Shown: one piece after another, positions 9,076 to 20,077 of the stretch
How positions within the stretch are numbered: position 1 is the first letter of the stretch
Layout of the letters: each line of letters begins with the position of its first letter
Source of the DNA: Faecousia sp.
Lineage (GTDB): Bacteria; Bacillota; Clostridia; Oscillospirales; Oscillospiraceae
NCBI GenBank assembly: GCA_045632785.1
Contig: JAZQXK010000097.1
Span: 1,536-65,535 of the forward strand
Length of the DNA: 64,000 nucleotides
Reading direction: 5' to 3'
Made by a program: the position numbers and the translations under genes
The notes under the pieces: generated by a model
Seen by the model: only the letters and a program-made list of their open reading frames with translations
Databases searched by the model: none
What the model was told of the DNA's origin: nothing

Positions 9076-10000
9076 TTTGCTCCTCCAGTATGTGCCACGC
9101 CAGAACAGCTACGCCAAGTGCGTTATCTGTTGCATACTGGGGTGGACAGAATACACAATCATACGGCTCCATGATCTTCCGAAGCATGGAATTGGAGGCA
9201 ACACCTCCGGAAAAAACCACCGGCAATCCGGGGAATCGGTCAAGCGCATTCTTTGTTGCTTTTTCTACGGCCCTGCAGACACACCTAAGTGCATAACCTG
9301 CGGTCTCTTCTTGGCTGCAGGTGTTACTCAGATACTCCTGCACCTTATTTTGTACACCAGACAAGGAAAAATATGTGTCAGGACACTTCACACGGAAATA
9401 GTCCTTGTTTTGTGCTGCTTTGCTCAATTCATCCAATGTTTTTCCTGCAGGAAAAGGCAGCTTTAATAGCTGACCGGTGCGGTCAATAAGCTGGCCTGCG
9501 GAAATATCTGTTGTGCCGCCAAGGATAGTGCAGTTTAAGTTACTGCCCATGGGTTCAACCAATAATAATTCTGTAGTCCCACCGGATAAATGCCATGCCA
9601 AAAAAGGCTCTTTGCGCAATTCCATGCACTGAGCCGAGCGCAAAACCGCAGCCAAATGACCCTGCTGATGAGAAACCTCGATCAGCGGAACATGAAGTAA
9701 CTGGGCAATGGTTTTTGCGTGTCCGATTCCAGCCAAAAAGCAAGGCATATAAGAACCTTCAACTGCTCTGGGTCTAGTGCTTACACCGACTGCACGAATT
9801 TCGGAAGGATCTACATTGAAAAAAAGCCTGTCGGTAAGTTCCGGCAGGCCAATTACATGATTGAATAGTGCATCGGACTGACGAAGACCCAACTCCCCCT
9901 CCTTCACCGGCAGTAGCTTGGACTGATTGTCCCATTGCTCGCCATCATACCAGGCAACGGAGGTGGTATAGTTACTGGTGTCAAATCCTAGTACCTTCAT
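9041..10000 (-). CDS. TsaD/Kae1-like (M22/glycoprotease-family) protein, atypical
   Basis: GFDTSNYTTS N-terminus, HQQGH metal motif, LSGGTTE, GGVASN and ATDNA motifs. Confidence 0.8.
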   Translation of the reverse strand: MKVLGFDTSNYTTSVAWYDGEQWDNQSKLLPVKEGELGLRQSDALFNHVIGLPELTDRLFFNVDPSEIRAVGVSTRPRAVEGSYMPCFLAGIGHAKTIAQLLHVPLIEVSHQQGHLAAVLRSAQCMELRKEPFLAWHLSGGTTELLLVEPMGSNLNCTILGGTTDISAGQLIDRTGQLLKLPFPAGKTLDELSKAAQNKDYFRVKCPDTYFSLSGVQNKVQEYLSNTCSQEETAGYALRCVCRAVEKATKNALDRFPGLPVVFSGGVASNSMLRKIMEPYDCVFCPPQYATDNALGVAVLAWHILEEQNAAGDFISQRS

Positions 10001-10476
10001 TGGGTGATTTCCTCCACATCGGACTGGACTGTTTTTTCTTCATCCCGGAGGAATGCACGAAGGATACCGTTAACAAAGGTGCCTGCTTCCGGCCCGTCAT
10101 ACTTCTTCGCCAGAGTGACAGCCTCATTGACGGCAACACCGGTAGGGACATCTTCCACAACCTTGCACTCAAAAATAGCAAGCTGCAAAATTGCCCTGGT
10201 GAGCCGGGAGATTCTGGATACATCCCAACCGATGGAATAGCGACCGATCAGTTCGTCCAGCTCCTGTGCCATATTGGCAGTGCCCACAACGACTTTGTCG
10301 ATGTAAGAAAGCTGCTTTCTGCTGGGGCGCTCAGCATACACATCGTTTTCTTGGGACAATGCGGCATAATAATCCTGCTCCAAGCGAATTTCAATGGCAG
10401 ACTCCGGTTCTTCCCCGGTAAAGGTTCTGCTGTAAATCAAATGTACTGCCAGTTCTCTGGCGTTTGACCTCGTCAT
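9997..10476 (-). CDS. nusB: Transcription antitermination factor NusB
   Basis: RSNARELAVHLIY, AILQLAIFE, AVNEAVTLAKKY and FVNGIL motifs. Confidence 0.95.
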   Translation of the reverse strand: MTRSNARELAVHLIYSRTFTGEEPESAIEIRLEQDYYAALSQENDVYAERPSRKQLSYIDKVVVGTANMAQELDELIGRYSIGWDVSRISRLTRAILQLAIFECKVVEDVPTGVAVNEAVTLAKKYDGPEAGTFVNGILRAFLRDEEKTVQSDVEEITQ

Positions 10477-10516
10477 AATCCGGTCTCCTTATCTTGTAAG
10501 GTTTTCTGATATATTC

Positions 10517-10894
10517 TTATTTCTGTTCGACAGAAATGCCGCAGATGTTAACATTGACCTCAACTGCGGTAATTCCAGCCATAGACTCGATTGCAGCGGT
10601 AATATTTTCCTGCACAGCCTTTGCCACATTTACAACAGCCGCACCGAAATTCACAATCAGGTTGCAAGTTACATAAAGCTTATCCTCATCGGTAATGGTA
10701 ACACGAATGCCGCTTTTACCGCGGGACTTAATGTTCATCATATCTACGATATCATTACCGGGGCGGGTATAGAAACCGGCAACTCCTTCTACCTCTCTGG
10801 CAGCTACGGTGACGATGGAAACAATAACTTCCTCAGAGATCTGAACCGCACCGTTCTCCTGAATCTGGGTAATATACTGCTTATTATCAGCCAT
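10517..10894 (-). CDS. Asp23/Gls24-family envelope stress protein
   Basis: ISEEVIVSIV..AAREVEGV and VAKAVQENITAAIESMAG..VNVNI motifs. Sits upstream of nusB. Confidence 0.9.
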   Translation of the reverse strand: MADNKQYITQIQENGAVQISEEVIVSIVTVAAREVEGVAGFYTRPGNDIVDMMNIKSRGKSGIRVTITDEDKLYVTCNLIVNFGAAVVNVAKAVQENITAAIESMAGITAVEVNVNICGISVEQK

Positions 10895-11052
10895 AAATAG
10901 TCCTCCTAATTTACACTACACCCTTGGGGTTTTGAAACTTTTTTATATTGTATCACAATTTCTCAAAAAAACAACCATATTTTAAGTCTGTCCGCAAAAA
11001 AATGGACACCACCCATTTGTGATGTCCATTTCATAGCCTTTGGTTACAGGAC

Positions 11053-13002
11053 TTATCTCTTGACTCCAGTCTTTTTACCCCTCACTGGGGTTGCTTTATT
11101 CTTGCCTGCTGCAGTAGTCTTGGCATTGCTCCTACTTTCAGGTTTCTTTGCAGAACCTTGTTGTTTGCTATTGACAACAGGCCGTTTCTTTTGATCAGAA
11201 TTCCTGGCCCATGGTGCTCTAATCAAACATTTCGGACTGGAGCCGATCAGGTCTTCCCTGCCCGCCTTAATAAGTGCCTCATGGACAAGGTGATAGTTCT
11301 TGGGGTTCTTAAACTGGATCAAGGCTCTCTGCATGGCCTTTTCGTGGGGATCTTTGGGAACATAAACAGGCTCCATGGTACGAGGATCTAAACCGGTATG
11401 ATACATAACCGTAGAAATAGTAGATGGTGTGGGATAGAAATCCTGCACCTGTTCCGGCATGTGTCCCATATCTCTTGCGAACTCTGCCAGCTCTACAGCC
11501 TCTTTCAAGGTAGAGCCGGGATGGGATGACATGAGATATGGTACGAGATACTGATTCATGCCATACTGCTTGTTCAGAGCAAAGTATTTTTCGCAGAACC
11601 GACGGTAAACCTCATTGCGTGGCTTTCCCATGCGATCCAAAACCTTGTCGGAAATATGTTCCGGAGCTACCTTGAGCTGGCCGGAAACATGGTACTGCAC
11701 CAATTCCTTGAAAAAAGTATCTTTTCCCTCAGCCAAAACATAGTCAAAGCGGATACCACTGCGAATAAAGACCTTCTTGACCCCGGGAAGCTTTCTAAGC
11801 TTCCTAAGAAGCGCCAGGTAATCGGAATGATCGGCACGGAGATTCTTGCAGGGGGTGGGAAATAAACACTGTCTGCCGGGGCAAGCACCCTTTGTAAGCT
11901 GCTTTTGGCAGGCCGGTGCGCGGAAGTCTGCTGTGGGGCCACCAACATCGTGAATATACCCTTTAAAGTTCGGATCGGCTATAACCTTCTCTGCCTCTTT
12001 CAGAATAGAATCATGGCTTCTGGTTTGAATGATCCTTCCTTGATGGAAAGTCAGGGCACAAAAAGAGCAGGCACCGAAACAGCCACGGTTGGAAACCAAG
12101 CTAAATTTTACTTCTTCAATGGCAGGCACACCACCAGCCTTTTCATAGCTGGGATGGTATGTCCTGCAGTAATCCAAATCATAGACACGATCCATTTCCT
12201 CCTGCGTCAGTGGCTTCTGGGGAGGATTCTGCACCACATACACATCATCCTCATAGGGCTCAGCCAGCCGCTTTGCTGTAAAGGGATCGGTATTCCGAGT
12301 TTGAAGGTGGAAGCTCTCCGCATAAGCCTTCTTTTTGGCAACAAGTCTGCTGTACGGAGGAAGAATGATTGTTGGCAAGCTGTTATCCAGTTCTGCAGTC
12401 TTATATACAGTGCCGTCGATGAATGTAATCTCAGCAGGTGTCAGCCCGTTGTTCAGGGCATCAGCAACTTCCACAATGCTTCTTTCGCCCATGCCATAGA
12501 TAAGCAGGTCAGCCTGAGAATCCAGCAAAATGGAGCGGCGCATAGCATCAGACCAATAGTCATAGTGCCCCAGACGGCGAAGACTGGCTTCTACGCCGCC
12601 AATGATAATGGGCACATCCCGGTAGATCTGCCGAATGAGATTGCAGTAGACAATGGTGGCCCGGTCAGGCCGTCTGCCCATAACTCCCCCGGGAGTAAAG
12701 GCATCTGTCTTTCGCTTGTGAAGGGATACGGAATAGTGATTCACCATGGAGTCCATATTGCCGCCGGATACCAAAAAACCAAGACGAGGCTCGCCCAAGG
12801 CATCAATAGACTTTGGGTTCTTCCAATTGGGCTGTGAAATAATACCCACCTTGTACCCTGCCGCCTCTAAAACACGGCTGATAATGGCGTGACCAAAGGA
12901 AGGGTGATCCACATAAGCATCGCCAGTGACATATACAAAATCGCACTGCTCCCAGCCACGATTCTTCATATCCTGCTTGGAAATGGGTAGAAATTCGCCC
13001 AT
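11053..13002 (-). CDS. YgiQ-family radical SAM protein
   Basis: [21 protein letters not shown] (CxxxCxxC), DVGGPTA and QVQDFYPTP motifs. Start moved to MGEF at 13002 (GGAGG). Confidence 0.93.
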   Translation of the reverse strand: MGEFLPISKQDMKNRGWEQCDFVYVTGDAYVDHPSFGHAIISRVLEAAGYKVGIISQPNWKNPKSIDALGEPRLGFLVSGGNMDSMVNHYSVSLHKRKTDAFTPGGVMGRRPDRATIVYCNLIRQIYRDVPIIIGGVEASLRRLGHYDYWSDAMRRSILLDSQADLLIYGMGERSIVEVADALNNGLTPAEITFIDGTVYKTAELDNSLPTIILPPYSRLVAKKKAYAESFHLQTRNTDPFTAKRLAEPYEDDVYVVQNPPQKPLTQEEMDRVYDLDYCRTYHPSYEKAGGVPAIEEVKFSLVSNRGCFGACSFCALTFHQGRIIQTRSHDSILKEAEKVIADPNFKGYIHDVGGPTADFRAPACQKQLTKGACPGRQCLFPTPCKNLRADHSDYLALLRKLRKLPGVKKVFIRSGIRFDYVLAEGKDTFFKELVQYHVSGQLKVAPEHISDKVLDRMGKPRNEVYRRFCEKYFALNKQYGMNQYLVPYLMSSHPGSTLKEAVELAEFARDMGHMPEQVQDFYPTPSTISTVMYHTGLDPRTMEPVYVPKDPHEKAMQRALIQFKNPKNYHLVHEALIKAGREDLIGSSPKCLIRAPWARNSDQKKRPVVNSKQQGSAKKPESRSNAKTTAAGKNKATPVRGKKTGVKR

Positions 13003-13021
13003 ACTAATACCTCCTATGGGG

Positions 13022-14413
13022 TTATTCTGCGGACTGAACCACATTTTGCATCCATGTACCCTTCCGGATAATAAAGCCCCCAACAAAGCACTTCACCATC
13101 TCTGTTGCCTGCCCGATAAAATATAGGGGAACAATGGGGATCATGGTTCCGTATACAAGTCCTGCAATCAGGGGAATACAGACTACCCAAACAAAACAGC
13201 TATCAAAGAGGAAGGTAATAAAGGTCTTACCGCCGGAGCGGAGGGTGAAATAAGCTGCATTTGCATAGGCGCAGAAAGGCATAAACAGAGCACCAATGCG
13301 GATAAAGTGGCCTGCGAGCCCTCGAATATCATCGGTCGTCTTATAAATCCTGGGGAAAGCCCCGGAAATGGAGGCCAAAGCAGCACCAAAGAACAGACAA
13401 ACCATAATAGAGAAAGCAATCAGCTTTCTGTTGGTGTCTTTCAGGTGCTCCCTGCTCTCATTTGCTCCAAGTTTTTGTCCCATAATGATTCCGACTGCGT
13501 TGCCCATAGCCAGGAAGGAAACGCTGAAGACATTCCAAATAGTATTTGCAATGTTGATGGCAGGTACAACATCCAGACTGCGAACAGAATAGCACTGATT
13601 TAAAACCGCCATGCCGCTCGCCCACAGGAACTCATTGAGAAGCAATGGCATACTCTTTGCAATGATCTTTTTGGTAAGGGATACAGGGATGCGGAAGGAG
13701 CGGTATATACCCTTGCTATAAGGGGCTTTTTCATGGTTCAAATGTGTCCAACCGGCGACGAAAGCCAATTCCACATATCGGGAAACAACAGTTGCAATGG
13801 CAGCGCCCTCCACACCCATAGCGGGAGCACCAAGCTTGCCGAGGATTAGGATGTAGTTCAGAATCAGGTTCACAAAAACAGCAATAATGCCGCCAACCAT
13901 GGGAATAAGGGTTTGCCCGGTCTCTCGGAGTGTGCTTGCATAGGCATTATTCAACGCAAAAGGCAAAAGGCCAAATAGCATAATCAGCAAATAGTCCTTG
14001 CCGTACGCCAAGTATAACTCCGCATTGGCGGCATCGCCCTCACCTGTCAGATACAAACGGATCAGCGGCTCTCCCCACAACAGGAAGATACCAACACCCA
14101 GGGCAGTAAGGATGATGCAAACAAGGAGCTTAAATCGCAAGGTGTAGCGAATACCCTCGTGATTTTTTCTGCCGGAAAACTGCGCTGTAAAAATACCGGC
14201 ACCAGATACTGCACCAAAAACGCACAGATTAAACACAAAAATCAACTGGTTTACAATGGATACACCACTCATTTGTGCCGTACCAACTTGTCCAACCATG
14301 ATATTATCCAGCATACCAACAAAATTGGTAATTGCGTTTTGTACCATAATAGGCAGAGCAACCATCAGTGCCATTCGATAAAAACGCTTGTCGCCAATCA
14401 GACTTTTTATCAT
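13022..14413 (-). CDS. MATE-family efflux transporter
   Basis: About 12 TM segments. [15 protein letters not shown] and [14 protein letters not shown] motifs. Confidence 0.92.
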   Translation of the reverse strand: MIKSLIGDKRFYRMALMVALPIMVQNAITNFVGMLDNIMVGQVGTAQMSGVSIVNQLIFVFNLCVFGAVSGAGIFTAQFSGRKNHEGIRYTLRFKLLVCIILTALGVGIFLLWGEPLIRLYLTGEGDAANAELYLAYGKDYLLIMLFGLLPFALNNAYASTLRETGQTLIPMVGGIIAVFVNLILNYILILGKLGAPAMGVEGAAIATVVSRYVELAFVAGWTHLNHEKAPYSKGIYRSFRIPVSLTKKIIAKSMPLLLNEFLWASGMAVLNQCYSVRSLDVVPAINIANTIWNVFSVSFLAMGNAVGIIMGQKLGANESREHLKDTNRKLIAFSIMVCLFFGAALASISGAFPRIYKTTDDIRGLAGHFIRIGALFMPFCAYANAAYFTLRSGGKTFITFLFDSCFVWVVCIPLIAGLVYGTMIPIVPLYFIGQATEMVKCFVGGFIIRKGTWMQNVVQSAE

Positions 14414-14495
14414 TTTCCTACTCCTTCATTATCCATGAAATTTATGAAACCCCATGAAAAAAGTGCGCTGCAGAGCCGCAACGCACTCTTTGAAC

Positions 14496-15563
14496 TTATC
14501 TCACCTGCGATGCGACCTTTTGAACGATCTCATTCATCTGCGTCCATTTGTTTTCTATATCGGAAACAAGCTTCAACTGGGATCTTGCACGAACCAGATT
14601 ATGCTCAGGATAGGCTGCTCTAAAATATACATCCCCGTCAATATAGTCAGTTAGGAAACGCATACCTACTTCCAATGTCATGGTATATGCACCCATGGGA
14701 AGCATCTCAATCTCCCGTTGCGTCAGAGAGGGACAAGCCTCCAGATAACCCTTTGTATAGATCTCAAACAAGTGCAGGTCAAGATGCATCTTTTCAGTGT
14801 CTACCTCATCTTCAGCGGCAGTTGCTGCGCCAAAACGGATGGAGTCGCCGAAATCGTAGACGGACAGGCCGGGCATAACAGTATCCAAGTCCAGAACACA
14901 CAGGGACTTTCTGGTGTCCTTGTCCAACAGGACATTGTTCAGCTTGGTGTCGTTATGGGTAACACGGAGAGGAAGCTCGCCGCATTCACGCATTCTTTGC
15001 AGTGTGCCAGCAACCTCTGCTCTTTTCAGAACAAAATCGATCTCTTTCTGCACAGAGGCTACCCTGCCCTTGGGATCGAGGGCAATGCTGTTGCGGAAGG
15101 TGCCATAGCGGAATATGGTGTTGTGGAATTCGGGAATAGTCTCAACCAGGGTTTCGGCAGGAAAATCAGCAAGCATTTCCTGAAAGCGGCCAAAGGCGAG
15201 GGCGCTCTGATAAAAATCATCATCAGATTCCGGAGCATCCAAACAGAAACCACCTACAAATTCATACATACGCCAGAATTGGCCCTTTTCGTCCTCATAA
15301 TAGAACTTTCCATCCTTTGTGGCAAGGAAGTGCAGGGCAGAGCGGGGATCCTTTACTCTCTCTCTTAAATAATCAGTTACAGAACCGGCATTTGACATAA
15401 GTCCTGCTGGATCCTTAAAAACATATTTATTGATCTGCTGGAGAATATATTCCGCACCGGTGTCTGTAGTTATCTTAAAAGTACTATTAATATGTCCGTG
15501 ACCGAAAGCTTTGCAAACGACCGGATTACCGTCGATTATAAAAGCAAAAACGGCTGATTCCAT
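14496..15563 (-). CDS. APH-like phosphotransferase (N-acetylhexosamine 1-kinase-like)
   Basis: GHINSTF, HNDTKLNNVL and LDLDTVMPG..DFGD motifs. Start moved to MESA at 15563 (GGAGG). Confidence 0.82.
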   Translation of the reverse strand: MESAVFAFIIDGNPVVCKAFGHGHINSTFKITTDTGAEYILQQINKYVFKDPAGLMSNAGSVTDYLRERVKDPRSALHFLATKDGKFYYEDEKGQFWRMYEFVGGFCLDAPESDDDFYQSALAFGRFQEMLADFPAETLVETIPEFHNTIFRYGTFRNSIALDPKGRVASVQKEIDFVLKRAEVAGTLQRMRECGELPLRVTHNDTKLNNVLLDKDTRKSLCVLDLDTVMPGLSVYDFGDSIRFGAATAAEDEVDTEKMHLDLHLFEIYTKGYLEACPSLTQREIEMLPMGAYTMTLEVGMRFLTDYIDGDVYFRAAYPEHNLVRARSQLKLVSDIENKWTQMNEIVQKVASQVR

Positions 15564-15761
15564 TATGTTCCTCCCAACTACCCAAAACAATAAAACTGTG
15601 ACAGGTACTATTTGTGGCGCCACCATTATATAGATGGCTCAAGATTCGCATTTCTTCTAGTATATCAGAATCAGCCATATATTGCAAGAATTACTTTCAT
15701 TTTTCCAAATTTCCAGGCAAAATCAAGCCGAAAATATAAAGATTTGCGTAATATATATAAG

Positions 15762-16685
15762 CTACAGGATACCATTAAGAATACTTCCCAGCAGTGAACC
15801 AAGCATAACACCACTAACAAACAGAACAGAAACAATGCCAAGATTCTCTTTCCTGTTGTGGTTCACGCGGAAAAGCACTAGAATACCTACTCCTGCATTG
15901 ACTAACAGCCCTGAAAGCATAGGCCCGACACCGATAACCCCCTGTACATAGAAATTGGTTATCATAACAGAAGATGCACAGTTGGGAATCAAGCCTATCA
16001 AAGCAGTAATGGCCTCCCCTAACAAAGGGATGCCGGTAATGCAAGCCAAAGCTTCCTTGGGAATAAAATGAAATGCGATTCCAACAACGCCAACAACCAC
16101 AAAAATCAAAAGTGAGATCTTTAGGGTATGTTTAACGGCAGAAAGCCAAATGCCACCTTCGCAAGAGCAATTTTCCTGCTGGCAGAAGTCATGGATCTCA
16201 CGCTGTCTTGAATTCTTCCTAAGGCTTAATACCCAGTCCACCAAAAAGCCAATAACCACGCCACAAATAAATTTTAATCCCAGAATCAAAAGGATTTTCC
16301 AGGGTTGGATCTGTGTGGAGATCAGAATGGGGAGCATCTCATCCGAAGTGGAAAGGAATATGGCCAGAAGTGTGCCCACAGTGATGGTGCCACCGGCAAA
16401 AAGGCTTGAAGCAGCGCCAGAGAAGCCGCACTGGGGAACCAATCCCAGTAACGCGCCAACAGCAGGCCCTGCCCCGCGGGAATTGCGAAGCAATCTATTG
16501 AGTTTACCGTTTTCGTGATGCTCCAAATACTCCATCAGTAGATAGGCCAGAAAGAGCAAGGGGATCAGCTTGAGGGTGTCCGTGAAAGCATGGGAAACCT
16601 CATGGAGCAGTTCATGAAGCAGCTCGCCGGAGTGTGCATGGTCTGAATGGTTACATGTGAAACCGCGAATCAGCTCTTGCAGCAT
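15762..16685 (-). CDS. Putative Mn/metal or arsenic efflux permease (ArsP-like) with a His-rich N-terminus
   Basis: Duplicated GxxPQCG / GLIPNCASS motifs, STSDE, multiple TM segments, and HSDHAH..HELLHEVSH. Confidence 0.75.
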   Translation of the reverse strand: MLQELIRGFTCNHSDHAHSGELLHELLHEVSHAFTDTLKLIPLLFLAYLLMEYLEHHENGKLNRLLRNSRGAGPAVGALLGLVPQCGFSGAASSLFAGGTITVGTLLAIFLSTSDEMLPILISTQIQPWKILLILGLKFICGVVIGFLVDWVLSLRKNSRQREIHDFCQQENCSCEGGIWLSAVKHTLKISLLIFVVVGVVGIAFHFIPKEALACITGIPLLGEAITALIGLIPNCASSVMITNFYVQGVIGVGPMLSGLLVNAGVGILVLFRVNHNRKENLGIVSVLFVSGVMLGSLLGSILNGIL

Positions 16686-16726
16686 GATGAACCTCCTGAG
16701 AAAATTTTAGAGAATTAGAGAATTTG

Positions 16727-16763
16727 AGAAAAAGAAAAGGTTCAACGCATAAAGCGTTGAACC
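16727..16763 (-). terminator. Intrinsic terminator of tRNA-Thr
   Basis: 10-bp stem GGTTCAACGC/GCGTTGAACC followed on the minus strand by TTTTCTTTTT. Confidence 0.8.
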
Positions 16764-16767
16764 TTGT

Positions 16768-16843
<76 letters not shown>

Positions 16844-16861
16844 ATTTCAGACAGCCATTAC

Positions 16862-16992
16862 ATTATATCAAAACAATCAGTACTTGTCAAGAGGAATTTG
16901 AAAAAAATTCAAATTTTTTCTTACTTCTTCTGGAAAGCATCCTTTTATTTCGACAGCTCTCGCATTATAGCAAAGGGAAGCGATCTTGTCAA
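16862..16992 (-). promoter_or_regulatory. Two tandem consensus SigA promoters for tRNA-Thr
   Basis: TTGACA-17-TATAAT at 16890..16862 and again at 16992..16964. Confidence 0.8.
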
Positions 16993-17028
16993 GCTATTTT
17001 TTAATATATTGAGAAGAAAATAAGGGCA

Positions 17029-17329
17029 GTCAAAACCTCCGGCTTAGCGGAGGCCTGATTAAGCCCTAAAAGGGCTTTTTACTGGCAGGCATCTAAAGAT
17101 GCACTGAAATTCTGAAGTCTGCATTAACTGCCCTGCCGCCCCTAAAGGGGCAATATATCGTTCGATTCGGACATTTCCTTAGACGATGCTACCCTAGATT
17201 GTCAATGTGAATCCCTCTCTATTGTAGATGTGTGGTCGGCAAACCACTTCTGCTCTACTGAGGGATTCTTTTTTTATTTCTTTTTTCACCGCTAAAGCTT
17301 TTTTATTCCCCCGGCTATGCCGGGGGTTA
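17029..17329 (-). mobile_element. Non-autonomous IS200/IS605-like remnant (ends only, tnpA missing)
   Basis: Subterminal hairpins CCCCGGCATAGCCGGGG and CCTCCGCTAAGCCGGAGG, three internal C(C/T)TTTAG-loop hairpins, and a GAATCCCTC..GAGGGATTC leader hairpin. No transposase ORF. Resembles firmicute IS200 ends as I recall them. Confidence 0.6.
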
Positions 17330-17349
17330 TCTTTGGTACAACCAATCGG

Positions 17350-17377
17350 AAACCGGGAAGCAGAGCCTCCCGGTTTT
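17350..17377. terminator. Intrinsic terminator downstream of the PfkB kinase
   Basis: AAACCGGGA..TCCCGGTTT hairpin 14 nt after the stop. Confidence 0.65.
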
Positions 17378-17390
17378 GAATGTAAAGCAT

Positions 17391-18323
17391 TTAATCTTTC
17401 ACATCAATGTCCAGGCCCAATTCACGAGGCAGGAATCTAGGGCAGACATTTTCTGATGTAGTAATGACAGATGCAGCCAAAAGAGAGCCGATTTCACAGG
17501 ATTCTCTCAGAGTTTTGCCGTAGGTTAGGCCAATGGCAGCGCCGGCGCAGAAAGCATCCCCTGCTCCGGTGGTATCCTTTACCTTTACCTTGCGGGCGGG
17601 GCAATGTCCCCTCTCGCCGTCCTTAGTAGCATAAACAGCGCCCATAACACCCATGGTAACGATCATCTTGGGGATCTGCGCAAGCTGCACACGCTGACCG
17701 ATCACGTCCACCATTTCCTCTACAGAAAGGCTGCTGAAATCATCAGTAAAGAGAATACCTGCCTCCTGTACATTGCAAACAAAGCAGTCTACACTCTGCA
17801 GGAAATCTCTGCGCTCTACTGCAATGCTCATATTGGCAACTACGGCATAGATAGGCTTATTGTATTTCTGTGCCAGCTTAAAGGCCCGCTTAACAACTTC
17901 CTTATCCATGTCGATCTCGATAATGACACTGTCTGCACTGGCAACGATTTCGTCGCCCACCTCGTCCAGGGTGTCTGCGATAGGACGCAGATTGGGTCTT
18001 TTGGAAATAGAGGCGCTGACATCGCCGTCATTGTCGAAAACTGCAAGCCAAGTACCCATGCCATCATCGGTAACGCGGACATATTGAGTATTGACCTTGT
18101 GACTCTGGAGCTTTCTGATAACATCACTGCCTGCACCTGTTCCGTCTACCAAGCTGACAAAGGTAGGGCGGAGCTCTACATTGGCAATATCCTCTGCTAC
18201 ATTACGGCCAACGCCGCCGTGGATCTGCTCCACACGGCCAACATTTCTGCCGGTAGGAATAAAGGTATCCTCCGGATAGCCCTTGATGTCTACGAAGACC
18301 GCTCCAATGACTGCAATACCCAT
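17391..18323 (-). CDS. PfkB-family carbohydrate kinase
   Basis: GGVGRNVAE and DTTGAGDAFCAG signatures. Start moved to MGIA at 18323 (GGAGG). Confidence 0.92.
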   Translation of the reverse strand: MGIAVIGAVFVDIKGYPEDTFIPTGRNVGRVEQIHGGVGRNVAEDIANVELRPTFVSLVDGTGAGSDVIRKLQSHKVNTQYVRVTDDGMGTWLAVFDNDGDVSASISKRPNLRPIADTLDEVGDEIVASADSVIIEIDMDKEVVKRAFKLAQKYNKPIYAVVANMSIAVERRDFLQSVDCFVCNVQEAGILFTDDFSSLSVEEMVDVIGQRVQLAQIPKMIVTMGVMGAVYATKDGERGHCPARKVKVKDTTGAGDAFCAGAAIGLTYGKTLRESCEIGSLLAASVITTSENVCPRFLPRELGLDIDVKD

Positions 18324-18531
18324 ATGTTTTACCTCCCAAAAATGGTTCCAATTTGAACCCATTATATCATAAATGTACGAAATTGCAACAAAATTCAAAC
18401 TCAGGCCTTTATTTTATTTCCCTCCGGAATCAGAAATACGCCCATGCTCCCCTTCATGTTTTCCGAAATCATTGACAAATACCGCTTTTTTGGGTAAACT
18501 TGAACAAAGTGCAAAAATTCAGGAGGCATCT

Positions 18532-19077
18532 ATGACTGATTTTTTAATGATTGCTGAAAACCGCCAAAGCTGCCGCAGCTATGACCCAAACCGAAAAGTA
18601 GAACAAGAGAAGATCGAAGCCTGTTTGGAAGCTGGCAGACTCTCCCCTTCTGCCTGCAACGCACAGCCCTACCACATTACCGTTGCTTCAGGCAGCCGTG
18701 CGCAGGATGTTGGCAAGCTTGTGCGCAGTATGGGCATGAACGGATTTACCAAAGAAGCCCCTGTCTTCCTGGTGATCACTGAGGACGACTATAACCGTAC
18801 AGCGGCCATGGGTGCAAAGCTAAAAAATCAGGACTACCGCTCTGTGGATATTGGTATCCTTGCAGCTTATATTACTGCTGAGGCTCATACACAAGGTCTG
18901 GGGTCTTGCATTCTGGGGTGGTTCGATGAAAAGAAGCTCCAAACCCTACTGAATACCTCGCAGCGCATCCGTCTGGTGATTTCTCTTGGGTATGCCAAGG
19001 AAGACGACCATCTGCGGAAAAAGGCAAGAAAAGACAGGAAAGCTCTTGTATCTGCTCTTGGGCAAGAGGAAGCATGA
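18532..19077 (+). CDS. Nitroreductase-family protein
   Basis: RQSCRSY, RLSPSACNAQPY and GLGSCILGWF motifs. Start moved to ATG 18532 (AGGAGG). Confidence 0.92.
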   Translation: MTDFLMIAENRQSCRSYDPNRKVEQEKIEACLEAGRLSPSACNAQPYHITVASGSRAQDVGKLVRSMGMNGFTKEAPVFLVITEDDYNRTAAMGAKLKNQDYRSVDIGILAAYITAEAHTQGLGSCILGWFDEKKLQTLLNTSQRIRLVISLGYAKEDDHLRKKARKDRKALVSALGQEEA

Positions 19078-19078
19078 T

Positions 19079-19606
19079 ATGCGAATTGCTATTTTAGGCT
19101 ATAGCGGCGCCGGTAAATCCACACTGGCTGCTGCACTTGGTCGAAAGTGCTGTCTCCCTGTTCTGCATCTGGACTGTGTTCATTTTCAAAAGAACTGGCA
19201 GGAACGCCCCGATGAACTGGCTCTTCAAATTCTAAAACCTTATATGAAGCAGGAAAACTGGATCATTGATGGTAACTACGACAGTCTGGCGATTCGCGAT
19301 CGATTAGAGCTTGCTGATGTCGTTATTATTCTGAAACTTTCCCGATTCCGCTGCCTGCTTCGTGCTCTGAAACGATACAAAATGTATAGAGGCAACACGC
19401 GCCCATCGATGGCTCCTGGATGCGAAGAGAAAATGGATAGAGATTTTTTGCGGTGGGTCCTGTTTCAAGGACGGAAACAAAACAGGCCCAGATATAATAA
19501 AATTTGTAAAGCTCACCGGGAAAAGGTCATAGTTTGCCGAACCCCCGGCTCTGTCCGCAGATTACTGAGAAACACAGACGAAATTCTAAGCCGTATTCAA
19601 TCTTAA
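19079..19606 (+). CDS. Topology-modulation / FlaR-like P-loop kinase
   Basis: MRIAILGYSGAGKSTLA, HLD, WIIDGNY and GCEEK.D motifs. Confidence 0.85.
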   Translation: MRIAILGYSGAGKSTLAAALGRKCCLPVLHLDCVHFQKNWQERPDELALQILKPYMKQENWIIDGNYDSLAIRDRLELADVVIILKLSRFRCLLRALKRYKMYRGNTRPSMAPGCEEKMDRDFLRWVLFQGRKQNRPRYNKICKAHREKVIVCRTPGSVRRLLRNTDEILSRIQS

Positions 19607-19633
19607 AGATCACCTTTTGAAACGAGGAACTCC

Positions 19634-20077
19634 ATGGAATTTATGACTAACTCCCCTGCTGAAACTGAAAATTTGGGCACAAAGCTCGCCGCACACATTA
19701 CTGCCGGCACTGTTATAGCCTTTCGAGGTGACCTTGGTGTGGGCAAAACAGCCTTTACCAGGGGTCTTGCAAGAGGGCTTGGCATTATTGACCCGGTAAC
19801 CAGCCCAACCTATACCATTGTTAATGAATATTTAGATGGAAGACTGCCTTTATTCCATTTTGATATGTACCGCTTACGCAGTGCAGACGATCTTTTTGAC
19901 ATAGGCTGGGATGACTATTTGGAGCGGGGTGGCGTTTGCGTGGTGGAATGGAGCGAAAACGTATCTGACGCCATGGAAAACCCCATCACCGTTACCATTG
20001 AAAAGATCCCCGGGCAGGACGATACCCGGAGAATTATCATAGAAGGAGGTCTCCCCTATGCGGATCTTAGCCTTTGA
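19634..20077 (+). CDS. tsaE: t6A biosynthesis ATPase
   Basis: GDLGVGKTAFTRG, VTSPTYTIV, HFDMYRL and VEW motifs. Confidence 0.96.
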   Translation: MEFMTNSPAETENLGTKLAAHITAGTVIAFRGDLGVGKTAFTRGLARGLGIIDPVTSPTYTIVNEYLDGRLPLFHFDMYRLRSADDLFDIGWDDYLERGGVCVVEWSENVSDAMENPITVTIEKIPGQDDTRRIIIEGGLPYADLSL

